DNA of 46,087 nucleotides, from positions 1-46,087 of the forward strand of contig CALVWC010000003.1 in NCBI GenBank assembly GCA_944364445.1, given 5' to 3'. A program made the translations under genes and the position numbers. A model generated the notes under the pieces. It saw nothing but the letters and a program-made list of their open reading frames with translations, had not been told where the DNA came from and made no database searches. How positions within the stretch are numbered: the first letter of the stretch is position 1; each line of letters starts with the position of its first letter. The stretch is from an uncultured Clostridia bacterium (GTDB lineage: Bacteria; Bacillota; Clostridia; Christensenellales; UBA1242). This document shows, piece by piece, positions 10,040 through 18,748 of the stretch.

Positions 10040-11080
10040 ATGAGCGAAGAATTTAATTTAGATTTAATTGACAAAACTTTCACTTCCTATAAGAAAGGTC
10101 AAATTTTTGACGGAGTTGTGGTTTTAAAAAGAGAGGACGGCGTTATTTTTAATATCGGTGGAAAAAACGATGCGTTCATTCCTGCAAGCGATTTTGACGA
10201 CTATGAAAAAACTAAGATTGGCGACAGATTTTCTGTTATCATAACCAAGCAAAAAAATGAAGAGGGGTTGATTGAGGCGTCTATGCGTCTTGCGCGTGAC
10301 ATCAAAATTGCCAATCAAAATGCACAAAGTTTGAGGCTGGGAAGCAAATTTACTTTTGTTGTGACAAGTGTAAACAATAGTGGACTTTTGTCTAAAATGG
10401 GCGATTATTCCGTTTTTGTGCCAGCAAGCGAAGCGTCACTAAAGTATGTGAAAGATTTAAAGAGTTTTGTTGGAAAACAGCTTGAAGTTGTTGTGACGGA
10501 AATTGACCACGAAAACAAAAACATTATCGCCAGTGCCAAACTTTTGCAAGAGCAAATTAAAGTGGCAATGGAAAATAATTTTTGGAACAGCATTTTCATA
10601 AATAAAGTTGTTCAAGGAAAAGTTAAAAAAATTATGCCATATGGTGCGTTTGTGGATGTGGATGGCGTGGATTGCTTTTTGCATATCTCACAAGTTTCCT
10701 ATGACAAAATTGAAAATGTTGCAGAAGTTTTAAGCGAGGGTGAAACATATAAGTTTAAAGTTATCAAACTTGACCGCGAAAACAAAAAGGTGGAACTTTC
10801 CTATAAAGCGTTATTAGAAGACCCAAAAATTACGCGTGTCAAAGAACTTTCAGTTGGTGACAGAATGACCGCCAAAGTGGTTAAACTTTTAAGGTTTGGT
10901 GCGATTGTGAAAGCACCAAATGGTGCAACAGGACTTTTGCATATTCAAAACTGCACTGAAAATCGCACAAAGAACATCTACGAACTTGTGAAAGTTGACG
11001 ACGAAGTTGAAGTGGAAGTTATTGATAAAAATGAAGAAGAAGGTAAAGTTTCCTTTAAACTTGTGAATATGATAGCGTGA
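10040..11080 (+). CDS. rpsA: S1 RNA-binding domain protein (ribosomal protein S1, about four S1 repeats)
   Basis: Repeated S1 motifs (YGAFVDVDGVDCFLHISQVS; FGAIV...GLLHI); position after plsC. Likely start is ATG 10040, not 9800. Confidence 0.85.
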   Translation: MSEEFNLDLIDKTFTSYKKGQIFDGVVVLKREDGVIFNIGGKNDAFIPASDFDDYEKTKIGDRFSVIITKQKNEEGLIEASMRLARDIKIANQNAQSLRLGSKFTFVVTSVNNSGLLSKMGDYSVFVPASEASLKYVKDLKSFVGKQLEVVVTEIDHENKNIIASAKLLQEQIKVAMENNFWNSIFINKVVQGKVKKIMPYGAFVDVDGVDCFLHISQVSYDKIENVAEVLSEGETYKFKVIKLDRENKKVELSYKALLEDPKITRVKELSVGDRMTAKVVKLLRFGAIVKAPNGATGLLHIQNCTENRTKNIYELVKVDDEVEVEVIDKNEEEGKVSFKLVNMIA

Positions 11081-11138
11081 AATTTGATAAATGTTTGAAA
11101 ATTATGTGACAAAATTGTTTTGATATGATATAATGTTA

Positions 11139-11230
11139 ATATCCATGAAGAGTGTGCGAGGGACAGCCCCTTTGACCACACAGCAACCTAGTTCTTGACC
11201 AAGGTGCTAATGGCTGAGTCGATGGGTAAG
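11139..11230 (+). ncRNA. SAM riboswitch, SAM-I/IV-type (no P4)
   Basis: P1 ccat/atgg, AAGAG, kink-turn P2 (tgtgcGAGGGAcagCCC..TGAccaca), P3 cagCAACC...GGTGCTAAtggctg; upstream of metK; sigmaA promoter GTGACA-17-TATAAT at 11106-11134. Confidence 0.88.
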
Positions 11231-11241
11231 AATGGAATTTT

Positions 11242-11276
11242 AACCCATCAAGTCGATGGGTTTTCTTGTTTTCTTT
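11242..11276 (+). terminator. Riboswitch expression-platform hairpin / terminator
   Basis: AACCCATC-aagtc-GATGGGTT followed by a T-rich tract; its 5' arm can alternatively pair with the P1 3' strand GATGGG. Confidence 0.7.
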
Positions 11277-11303
11277 ATGGACTTTTTTAAATAAGGAGGA
11301 AAT

Positions 11304-12389
11304 ATGTTAAGAACAATTACAAGCGAAAGTGTGAACATTGGGCATCCAGACAAAACTTGCGACACCATTGCAGATGCCTTTTTGGATGAGGCGTTAAGGC
11401 AGGATAAGGACAGCCAAATGGCAGTGGAGTGTGCCATTAAAAATGATAAACTTTTCATTTATGGCGAGGCGACAACAAGGGCTAAGATTGATTATGACAA
11501 AATTGCAAAAGAAATTTTAAGAGATATTGGCTATCAAAACGATTTTAAGATAATTAAGGAGATAAGCAAGCAAAGCCCAGATATTGCACAGGCTGTGAAA
11601 AAGAAAAAATTGTGCGCTAATGACCAGGGGATGATGTTTGGATATGCCACAAATGAAACAAAAGAGTTTATGCCTCTGCCAATTTTGATTGCTCACAAAT
11701 TAATGAAAAAATACGACGACTTTAGGCGAATGGGCGATATGTTTTTTGCTGATGCAAAATGTCAGGTGAGTGTGGAGTATGACGATTGGAAGCCTATAAG
11801 AATTTCCACGGTGCTTATAAGCGTTTCTCACTCTGAAAAAATATCCAATGAAGATATTTGTAAGGAAATTTTGGAAAATGTTGTGCTTAATGTTTTGGCA
11901 GAATATGAAAGTTTAACGGATGACAATCTGAAAATCTTAATTAATCCAAGTGGCAGGTTTACCATTTGGGGAAGTTTCGGCGACAGCGGTTGCGTGGGCA
12001 GAAAAATTATTGTTGACACCTATGGCGGAGTTGGCCGAGTGGGTGGAGGTTGTTTCAGCTCCAAAAACGCCACAAAGGTGGATAGGTCAGGTGCATATTA
12101 CGCGCGATATGTTGTCAAAAATGTGGTGGCACACGGCTATGCGGATATTTGCGAAATTGAAGTGGCTTATGCGATTGGACTTGATGAGCCTGTGACTGTT
12201 AACATTGAAACCTTTGGAACAAACAAGGTAAAATTAGAGGAAATTGAAAATTATGTTAAAAAGAACTTTGATTTTTCGCTTTCCAACATCATTAAGGAAC
12301 TTGACCTGTTGAAACCAATCTATAAACAGACCGCTTGCTATGGGCATTTTGGCAGAGAGGAGTTTTCTTGGGAAAAAATTAAAAAATGA
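11304..12389 (+). CDS. metK: S-adenosylmethionine synthetase
   Basis: TSESVNIGHPDK.CD.IAD, DQGMMFGYA, GRKIIVDTYGG, KVDRSGAY, TACYGHFGR. Confidence 0.96.
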   Translation: MLRTITSESVNIGHPDKTCDTIADAFLDEALRQDKDSQMAVECAIKNDKLFIYGEATTRAKIDYDKIAKEILRDIGYQNDFKIIKEISKQSPDIAQAVKKKKLCANDQGMMFGYATNETKEFMPLPILIAHKLMKKYDDFRRMGDMFFADAKCQVSVEYDDWKPIRISTVLISVSHSEKISNEDICKEILENVVLNVLAEYESLTDDNLKILINPSGRFTIWGSFGDSGCVGRKIIVDTYGGVGRVGGGCFSSKNATKVDRSGAYYARYVVKNVVAHGYADICEIEVAYAIGLDEPVTVNIETFGTNKVKLEEIENYVKKNFDFSLSNIIKELDLLKPIYKQTACYGHFGREEFSWEKIKK

Positions 12390-12456
12390 TGAATTTAATA
12401 TTGATAAATTAATTTTTTTGTGTTATACTGTAAAGCGTAATAAGTGAGGTGTGATT

Positions 12457-13380
12457 ATGGGATCGGTTAATCCATTAAAAAATAGATATAAAAATCCTAC
12501 TGACAGCAGTCAGTATGTTGGCGATGAAAGACAAAGAACAGATGCAATTGTAGCGGAACTTGCAGAAAATGAGCGTAGAAAAGTAGAAACATTTAAAAAG
12601 CTTGCAGAAGATCCGAGGCACATAGCGAAAAGAAAAGCGTATGCAGAGGAAAAGAACGCTAAACTTGAAAGGCGAAAAGAATTGCGTGCAGAACGTGACG
12701 CTGAGTTAGCCCAAAAAAGAACACAAGCGGCAATAAAGAAAGCGGTTATGGAGGCAAGTAAGGCAGAAAAAATTGCAAATGAAAAAGCGGAGCAAGAGGA
12801 GTTTATCGAACTTAGCAAAAAAACTGATTTAGATAGTCTTGTGCTTGCATATTATAAGCATCTTCAAAATCCAAAGTTCTTAGATTTTGCCATTTCCACT
12901 GTTCCTCAAATTCTTCCACATTTAGACGAAAATCTTTCACTAAATTGTTATGGTGAAACTTTCTTTAAGCATGAAAAGGCGTATATGGACAATATGCCAA
13001 AGTTGGTGGAAAAGTTTGGCTATAACAAGGTGGCGTCGCTTTTATACCGCGCATATCTACACAGCGACATAAAGTATAACAACCTTTTAAGTGAAACCGA
13101 GGATGGAAAACAACAAGCCTTGCTTATTTGGGGTAAGATTTTTGATAATAACTATGGATTAATCAAGGTTTCGGAATTTTCCAAACTTGACGAGGACGAA
13201 AAGGTGGCACTTTTTAAAGGTCTAGGTAAGGAGTTTGTTGAAGAAAATAAATCTAGGCTCATTTTTAGGTATAAAGCATTTATAAAAGCACTTCCTAAAG
13301 AATTTAAAAATTGCACATCAATTTTAAAGCTTCAAGAAGAAGCACAAAACGTAAATAAAGAGCGTTTTAGTAATAGATAA
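12457..13380 (+). CDS. Hypothetical protein with N-terminal charged coiled coil
   Basis: Long ORF with GAGGTG SD, upstream TTGATA/TATACT promoter and downstream terminator; no recognised family. Confidence 0.75.
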   Translation: MGSVNPLKNRYKNPTDSSQYVGDERQRTDAIVAELAENERRKVETFKKLAEDPRHIAKRKAYAEEKNAKLERRKELRAERDAELAQKRTQAAIKKAVMEASKAEKIANEKAEQEEFIELSKKTDLDSLVLAYYKHLQNPKFLDFAISTVPQILPHLDENLSLNCYGETFFKHEKAYMDNMPKLVEKFGYNKVASLLYRAYLHSDIKYNNLLSETEDGKQQALLIWGKIFDNNYGLIKVSEFSKLDEDEKVALFKGLGKEFVEENKSRLIFRYKAFIKALPKEFKNCTSILKLQEEAQNVNKERFSNR

Positions 13381-13383
13381 AAG

Positions 13384-13410
13384 TAATCGCAAAAATGCGG
13401 TTATTTTTTT
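13384..13410 (+). terminator. Intrinsic terminator
   Basis: TAATCGCA-aaaa-TGCGGTTA + T7. Confidence 0.7.
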
Positions 13411-13621
13411 ATAAAGCGAGGCAAACTAATCTTTAAGGAGGTAAATTATTTATTATTTAATTTTTGTTTTTAAAAACGAAAAAAATTTTCCATAAAATAT
13501 CTTAAAAGTTTTAAATTTATTTGACAAATAATTTTAGTTATTTTAAAATTAATAATGTATAGTAAGTTATACAAGATTAAAATCACACAACCATTTGGTT
13601 GATAACATATTGAGGTTTCTT

Positions 13622-14941
13622 ATGATAAATATTTATAATATCGCGAACATAGTTTTCTATGCGCTTCTTGGAATTTCTTTTCTTCTTCTTTTGCCAAGGA
13701 TTGTTATGTGCTTTATGGGTTGCGGAAAAGCAAAACAATTTAAAGAGGCAAAAAAGGAACATAAATATGCCATTCTTGTGCCAGCAAGGAATGAATCAAA
13801 AGTGATTAGGCAGATTTTGGATAGCATAAAAAATCAAACATATAATAAGGATAAACTTGAAACTTTTGTGATTGTGGAAAGTTTGGACGACCCAACTTGC
13901 GAAATCTGCAAAGAATATCAAAATGTGCATGTTTTTTGCAGGCAACACCTTGAAAACAAAGGGAAGGGTTATGCGCTTGATGAGTGCTTTTCATATATTT
14001 TAAATAACCAAAAAGGCATGAAAGAAGAGGACAAGTTTGAGGCGTTTTTCATTATGGATGCTGACAACGTGATGGCTAAGGACTATGTTTATGAAATGAA
14101 CAAAGTTTTTGATGCTGGCTTTGATGTTGGAACGGGTTATCGCGCAAATAAGAATTTTAACGACTCTTGGGTTAGTGCTTGCAGTGGGCTTTATTTCAAC
14201 TTTCTCTCCACTTTCAAAAACAAGCCAAAAGCAAAATTAGGGCTTGGAGTGCAGGTGACTGGAACTGGGTTTTATGTTTCCCGAAAAATTATTGAACAAC
14301 TTGACGGCTGGAAATTTAACACCTTAACCGAGGATTATGAATTTTCACTTTGTGCTGTTTTGCATAACTATTCAAGTTCATATAATGAAAAAGCGGTGTT
14401 TTATGACGAGCAACCATCTTCACTTAAAGTTTCTTGGAAGCAGAGAGTTAGGTGGTGCAAGGGTTTCATGCAAGCAAATAAAATTTTTCGAAAATCACTT
14501 TTTAAAAAGCGAATTGACACAAGTGGTAAAAGAAAATATGACCTTGTGGAAAACGCCACTTCACTTGCTCCAATCGTGTTTTCGCTTGTCAGTGTGGCAC
14601 TATACGCCGTTGTTAATCTTGTGCTTTTCATAATTTCAGTTATCACGCATAATCCTCTTTGGTATTATCCTCTTACATCCTTTGTGGGAGTCCTTCTTGG
14701 TTTTTATCTTCTCATGGTGCTTTACTCAGGGTTTATTGTTATTGTGGAGAGAAAAAGACTTAACGCTAAACCGCTTAATGCCTTTGTGGCATGCTTGACA
14801 AATCCTTGGTTTATGATTTTGTATGCACCAATTTTCTTCCAAGCACTTTTCACCAAAAATGTTGAATGGACGCCGATTGCACACACTTCAATCATTGATG
14901 TTGAGTCGGTTGGAGAAGAAGAAAAACAAGTTAAAATTTAA
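13622..14941 (+). CDS. Family 2 processive glycosyltransferase (cellulose synthase/IcaA-like membrane GT2)
   Basis: LVPARNE, KG.ALD, DADN (DxD), TED and QRVRW (QxxRW) motifs; N- and C-terminal TM helices. Confidence 0.9.
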   Translation: MINIYNIANIVFYALLGISFLLLLPRIVMCFMGCGKAKQFKEAKKEHKYAILVPARNESKVIRQILDSIKNQTYNKDKLETFVIVESLDDPTCEICKEYQNVHVFCRQHLENKGKGYALDECFSYILNNQKGMKEEDKFEAFFIMDADNVMAKDYVYEMNKVFDAGFDVGTGYRANKNFNDSWVSACSGLYFNFLSTFKNKPKAKLGLGVQVTGTGFYVSRKIIEQLDGWKFNTLTEDYEFSLCAVLHNYSSSYNEKAVFYDEQPSSLKVSWKQRVRWCKGFMQANKIFRKSLFKKRIDTSGKRKYDLVENATSLAPIVFSLVSVALYAVVNLVLFIISVITHNPLWYYPLTSFVGVLLGFYLLMVLYSGFIVIVERKRLNAKPLNAFVACLTNPWFMILYAPIFFQALFTKNVEWTPIAHTSIIDVESVGEEEKQVKI

Positions 14942-14969
14942 ATTCAAGTTTTCACGCTTGAATTTTTTT
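14940..14969 (+). terminator. Intrinsic terminator
   Basis: AAATTCAAG-N8-CTTGAATTT + T tract. Confidence 0.65.
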
Positions 14970-15140
14970 ATTTTTTGCTGAAACCTTTGATATTTCCGAA
15001 AGTGTGGCGATTTTAGTTAAAATATTTTAACTAATATTTTTTCTAAAAAAGTTATTAAAAATTTTTAATTACCATATAAATTTGTTTGGAAAATAAAAAT
15101 TTTTATTGTATAATAGACATGGTCAAAAGGAGATAACATT

Positions 15141-16013
15141 ATGAAAAAAATTGCTATTGTTGTTGACAGCAACAGCGGTATAACGCCAAAAGAAGGAAAA
15201 CATCTTGGCATCAGCGTTGTGCCAATGCCGTTCATTATCGGCGAGGATGTTTTGTTTGAAGAAGTTGATTTGAAGCAAGAGGAGTTTTATCGTTTGCAAC
15301 GCGAGGGCGTGAAGATAACAACCTCTCAGCCAAACATAAATGAAATTGTGGAACTTTGGGAAAAATTATTAAAAACTCACGACCAAGTTTTGCACTTTAC
15401 AATGTCAAGTGCATTAAGTCAATCTTGCGAAACGGCGAAAAAGTTTGCCGAGGAAAATTTTCCAAACAAGGTTTTTGTGGTGGATAATAAAAGAATTTCC
15501 ATCACACTTAAAGCTTCTGTGTTCGACGCAATGAAACTTATTGAGCAAGGCTTGGATGCAAAAGAAATTAAGGAATATCTTGACAAGGACGCATTAAATT
15601 CCTCTATCTATCTTGTTGTTGACACATTAAAATATCTTAAGCAAGGCGGACGTGTCACACCAGCTGCGGCTGCAATTGGAACAGTTTTAAACATCAAACC
15701 TATTCTCACAATTCAAGGCGGAAAACTTGATAAATTTGCCATGGTGACAAACATTAAGTCGGCAAAAAAGAAGATGATTAACGCAATTAAAAAAGACATT
15801 GAAACACGATTTGCAAATTTTGTTAAAAATGGAGAGTTTGCTTTGGCGATAGCACACACAACCAACGATGAAAATGCGGAAATATTCAAACAAGAACTAA
15901 TGAAAGAATTTCCAAACATACCTTTCACTTATGTTGACCCTCTTTCTCTTAGCATTGCCACTCACACAGGTCCAAGAGTTTTGGCTGTTGGAGGATATCA
16001 CTTTGTGAAATAG
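15141..16013 (+). CDS. DegV family fatty-acid-binding protein (FakB-like)
   Basis: IVVDSNS, TTSQP, SSALS.S, L..L.QGGR, LNIKPIL, HTGP. Confidence 0.93.
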   Translation: MKKIAIVVDSNSGITPKEGKHLGISVVPMPFIIGEDVLFEEVDLKQEEFYRLQREGVKITTSQPNINEIVELWEKLLKTHDQVLHFTMSSALSQSCETAKKFAEENFPNKVFVVDNKRISITLKASVFDAMKLIEQGLDAKEIKEYLDKDALNSSIYLVVDTLKYLKQGGRVTPAAAAIGTVLNIKPILTIQGGKLDKFAMVTNIKSAKKKMINAIKKDIETRFANFVKNGEFALAIAHTTNDENAEIFKQELMKEFPNIPFTYVDPLSLSIATHTGPRVLAVGGYHFVK

Positions 16014-16021
16014 AAATTTAA

Positions 16022-16074
16022 GCGAGCAAATGCTCGTTTTTTCTTTGACAAATTTTATTATGTATTGCTATAAT
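16022..16074 (+). promoter_or_regulatory. DegV terminator followed by sigmaA promoter of the HIT-RNase HI gene
   Basis: GCGAGCA/TGCTCGT + T tract; TTGACA (16045) -18- TG-c-TATAAT (16069). Confidence 0.7.
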
Positions 16075-16089
16075 TATGAAGAGGTTAAT

Positions 16090-16965
16090 ATGAAAGATTG
16101 TTTGTTTTGTAAAATCGTGAAAGGTGAAATTCCTTCTTATAAAATTTATGAAGATGAAAATGTTTATGCTTTTTTAGACATCGCAAACGATGTTTTTGGG
16201 CATGCTTTGGTGGTTTCCAAAAAGCATTTCGAAAATGTTATGGATTGCTCTGAACGCACGCTTGGAAAAATTATTGCCAGTGTAAAAAAAATCGGTGACC
16301 ACTTTGTGAAAGATTGTGGATTTTCTGGCTATAACATTTTGAACAACAGCGGAAAGAGTGCAGAACAATCAGTTATGCATTTGCATTTTCACATTCTGCC
16401 ACGAAAAGAGGGAGATGATTTCAAACTTTGGCGTGATTTTGGCGAAAGTGGAAAGACCTTGGAAGAAGTGCAAAAAGAACTTGTTATGCAAGACGAACAA
16501 AAAAATGTTTTGGATTATTCCTCTTTTAAGGAAGATTGCACGGTGCTTTACACCGACGGCGCTTGCTCGGGTAATCCAGGAATTGGCGGATATGGCGCGG
16601 TGCTTATAAAAACTGACGGCACGGCAGAAGAAATTTCGGGTGGCGAAAAACTTACCACAAATAACCGCATGGAACTCACGGCAGTAATTGAAGGGCTGAA
16701 ACTCGCAGGCGAGGGCGAAAAAGTGAAAGTTTATTCCGACAGTGCCTATGTTGTGAACGCCTTTAACCAAGGCTGGATTGATAATTGGAAAAGAAACGGC
16801 TGGCACTCTTCTGGCGGTGGAGAGGTTTTAAACTCTGACCTATGGCAAACATTAGCCTCTTTGGTTGATGCAAGACGAGTGGAATTTATTAAAGTTAAAG
16901 GTCACAGCGACAACGCGATGAACAACCGTTGCGACGCCCTTGCAACAAGTTTTTATAAAGATTAA
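16090..16965 (+). CDS. rnhA: HIT-family nucleotide hydrolase / ribonuclease HI fusion protein
   Basis: N-half DCLFCKI...GHALV...Q.VMHLHFHILPR (histidine triad); C-half YTDGACSGNPG, TTNNRMEL, SDSAYV, KVKGHSDN..NNRCDALA; one uninterrupted frame. Confidence 0.9.
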   Translation: MKDCLFCKIVKGEIPSYKIYEDENVYAFLDIANDVFGHALVVSKKHFENVMDCSERTLGKIIASVKKIGDHFVKDCGFSGYNILNNSGKSAEQSVMHLHFHILPRKEGDDFKLWRDFGESGKTLEEVQKELVMQDEQKNVLDYSSFKEDCTVLYTDGACSGNPGIGGYGAVLIKTDGTAEEISGGEKLTTNNRMELTAVIEGLKLAGEGEKVKVYSDSAYVVNAFNQGWIDNWKRNGWHSSGGGEVLNSDLWQTLASLVDARRVEFIKVKGHSDNAMNNRCDALATSFYKD

Positions 16966-17182
16966 GATTTTAACATCATATATTTTATAGATAAAAATCT
17001 TTTGAACCAGAATAATGAACAACACTACAACTTCAAAAGTTAATGTGTTGTTTTTTCTTTACTGCAAATTTAACTGTCAAAACAACACTTTGCACAGCCT
17101 AAAAAATTATAAATCAAATAAATTTTATTAGTTTGTCATAGTTTTGTCCATTTTAATGTGTTATAATATAAATGGAGGTAAT

Positions 17183-17419
17183 ATGAAAAAATCTATCGCA
17201 AAGAAAACAATAATTTTATATGTCCTGAAAATGTTACAAGATGGTTCTTCAAAAGAACATCCAATAACGCAAACTAACATGGCAAAAGTTCTTAACTCTA
17301 TGGATATTCCATGTGATAGAAGAACAATAGGAAGAAATATTAACTATTTGATTGATTTTGGTTATAACATCAAAAAAATTAAAGGTGGAGGTTATTATAT
17401 AAGTCATGATGAGGAATAA
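17183..17419 (+). CDS. Small stand-alone winged-HTH protein resembling the N-terminus of WYL-type regulators
   Basis: ILYVLKML...SKEHPIT...L...DIPCDRRTIGRNI..LIDFGYNI...GGGYY; GGAGG SD. Confidence 0.7.
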   Translation: MKKSIAKKTIILYVLKMLQDGSSKEHPITQTNMAKVLNSMDIPCDRRTIGRNINYLIDFGYNIKKIKGGGYYISHDEE

Positions 17420-17484
17420 ATGAATTTATTGAAAGGAAAATCTAAATAACACTGATTATTACAAAAAATTTAAAGGGGAAAAAT

Positions 17485-18012
17485 ATGGATAAGAAATTAA
17501 TAACATTTGAAATTGACGAAGCGGAATATGATTTATATAAAAACATAGTTGAAAGTGCAGGGCGAACAATTAATCAAACATTTATGATGTTAATTGAAAA
17601 AACACTGAAAGAAACAAATATTAACTGGTTGTTTTCAGCAGTTCAGGGAGAAGTTAGAGCGAAAAACAGCAAGAAAGAAAAATCTATTGCAATGTTTAAC
17701 AAATTAGGATATAAATGTTCTTTGCGCAACACAACATTTGCCACAAAAACATCAAATTGTGCAACATATTGGATGAATCCAGATAAAAAACATTTGACTG
17801 AAGATTGGTATATTATTTTAGATGATAATATAAATAATAATTTGCATTTGCTTTTTGTTCCTAAAAATTCAATAACAAATTTAAAAATGAGAAATGATAA
17901 AATTTGTAATGTGGCAATAGCATATGACGATCAACAATTTAATGAAATATATACTAACACAAAATTTGGTAAATTTTTCAAGCAAACAATTAAATATAAC
18001 TCGTTGGTTTAG
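17485..18012 (+). CDS. Hypothetical protein, N-terminal RelB/DinJ-like RHH plus unknown C-terminal domain
   Basis: LITFEIDE...V..AGRTINQTFMMLI pattern; AGGGG SD. Domain call is inference. Confidence 0.6.
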   Translation: MDKKLITFEIDEAEYDLYKNIVESAGRTINQTFMMLIEKTLKETNINWLFSAVQGEVRAKNSKKEKSIAMFNKLGYKCSLRNTTFATKTSNCATYWMNPDKKHLTEDWYIILDDNINNNLHLLFVPKNSITNLKMRNDKICNVAIAYDDQQFNEIYTNTKFGKFFKQTIKYNSLV

Positions 18013-18038
18013 TATTAAAATTAATCAAGGAGGATATT

Positions 18039-18701
18039 TTGACTGAATATATTCGCACAAGGCAGAAATGCGTTATTTGCGGTCATATAAATTTTGTTAG
18101 ATTGTTGGCAAGTTCGCATATTGGAGAAACTAATGTCAGTTTAGATTCAAGAATTGGAAGAGAACTTTCGGCTTTTAATGAAGAATTGAATATGTGTGAA
18201 AAATGCCATTATGTAAACTTCAATTTGAACGAGCTTATTCCAAATTTAAATAAGGATATTGTTCTTTCAAGTTTTTACAAAGAAATATATAAAATTTTTA
18301 ATGAAAACGGGCTTTTATGTGAGTTGTTTTTAGCGGGCAATTTGTATCAAATAGCAGGCAACAACATGGAAGCGGGTTTATTTTACTTAGGCTGTGCGTG
18401 GGTTTGCGATGATGGTAAAGATTTTGAAAGTGCAAATTTTTTTAGGAATTATTGCTCTATTTGTTTAAATGAATATTTAAAGAAAGTAAACGACTTAGAA
18501 ATTTCAATAATTTTAATAGACACATATAGAAGAATGGGGAATTTTAAAAAATCAAAAAAGTTGGCAAGTAAAATTTTAGATAAATTAGATAAAAATGAAA
18601 GCGAGAATGTCAAAGAAATAATTACATATGAAATAAAATTATGTGAGGCATCTGATAAAGAAATTCATTTTGTGGATGAGGTAAAAAATAGAAAAGATTA
18701 A
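18039..18701 (+). CDS. DUF2225-like zinc-ribbon/TPR protein
   Basis: CVIC...CEKC pairs, YL.CAWVCDD, LID.YRR.G.F; AGGAGG SD before TTG. Confidence 0.7.
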   Translation: MTEYIRTRQKCVICGHINFVRLLASSHIGETNVSLDSRIGRELSAFNEELNMCEKCHYVNFNLNELIPNLNKDIVLSSFYKEIYKIFNENGLLCELFLAGNLYQIAGNNMEAGLFYLGCAWVCDDGKDFESANFFRNYCSICLNEYLKKVNDLEISIILIDTYRRMGNFKKSKKLASKILDKLDKNESENVKEIITYEIKLCEASDKEIHFVDEVKNRKD

Positions 18702-18748
18702 CAATTTTTTTGCTGTTTAAAACATAAAGGAAAATTGCCAATTTTTTA

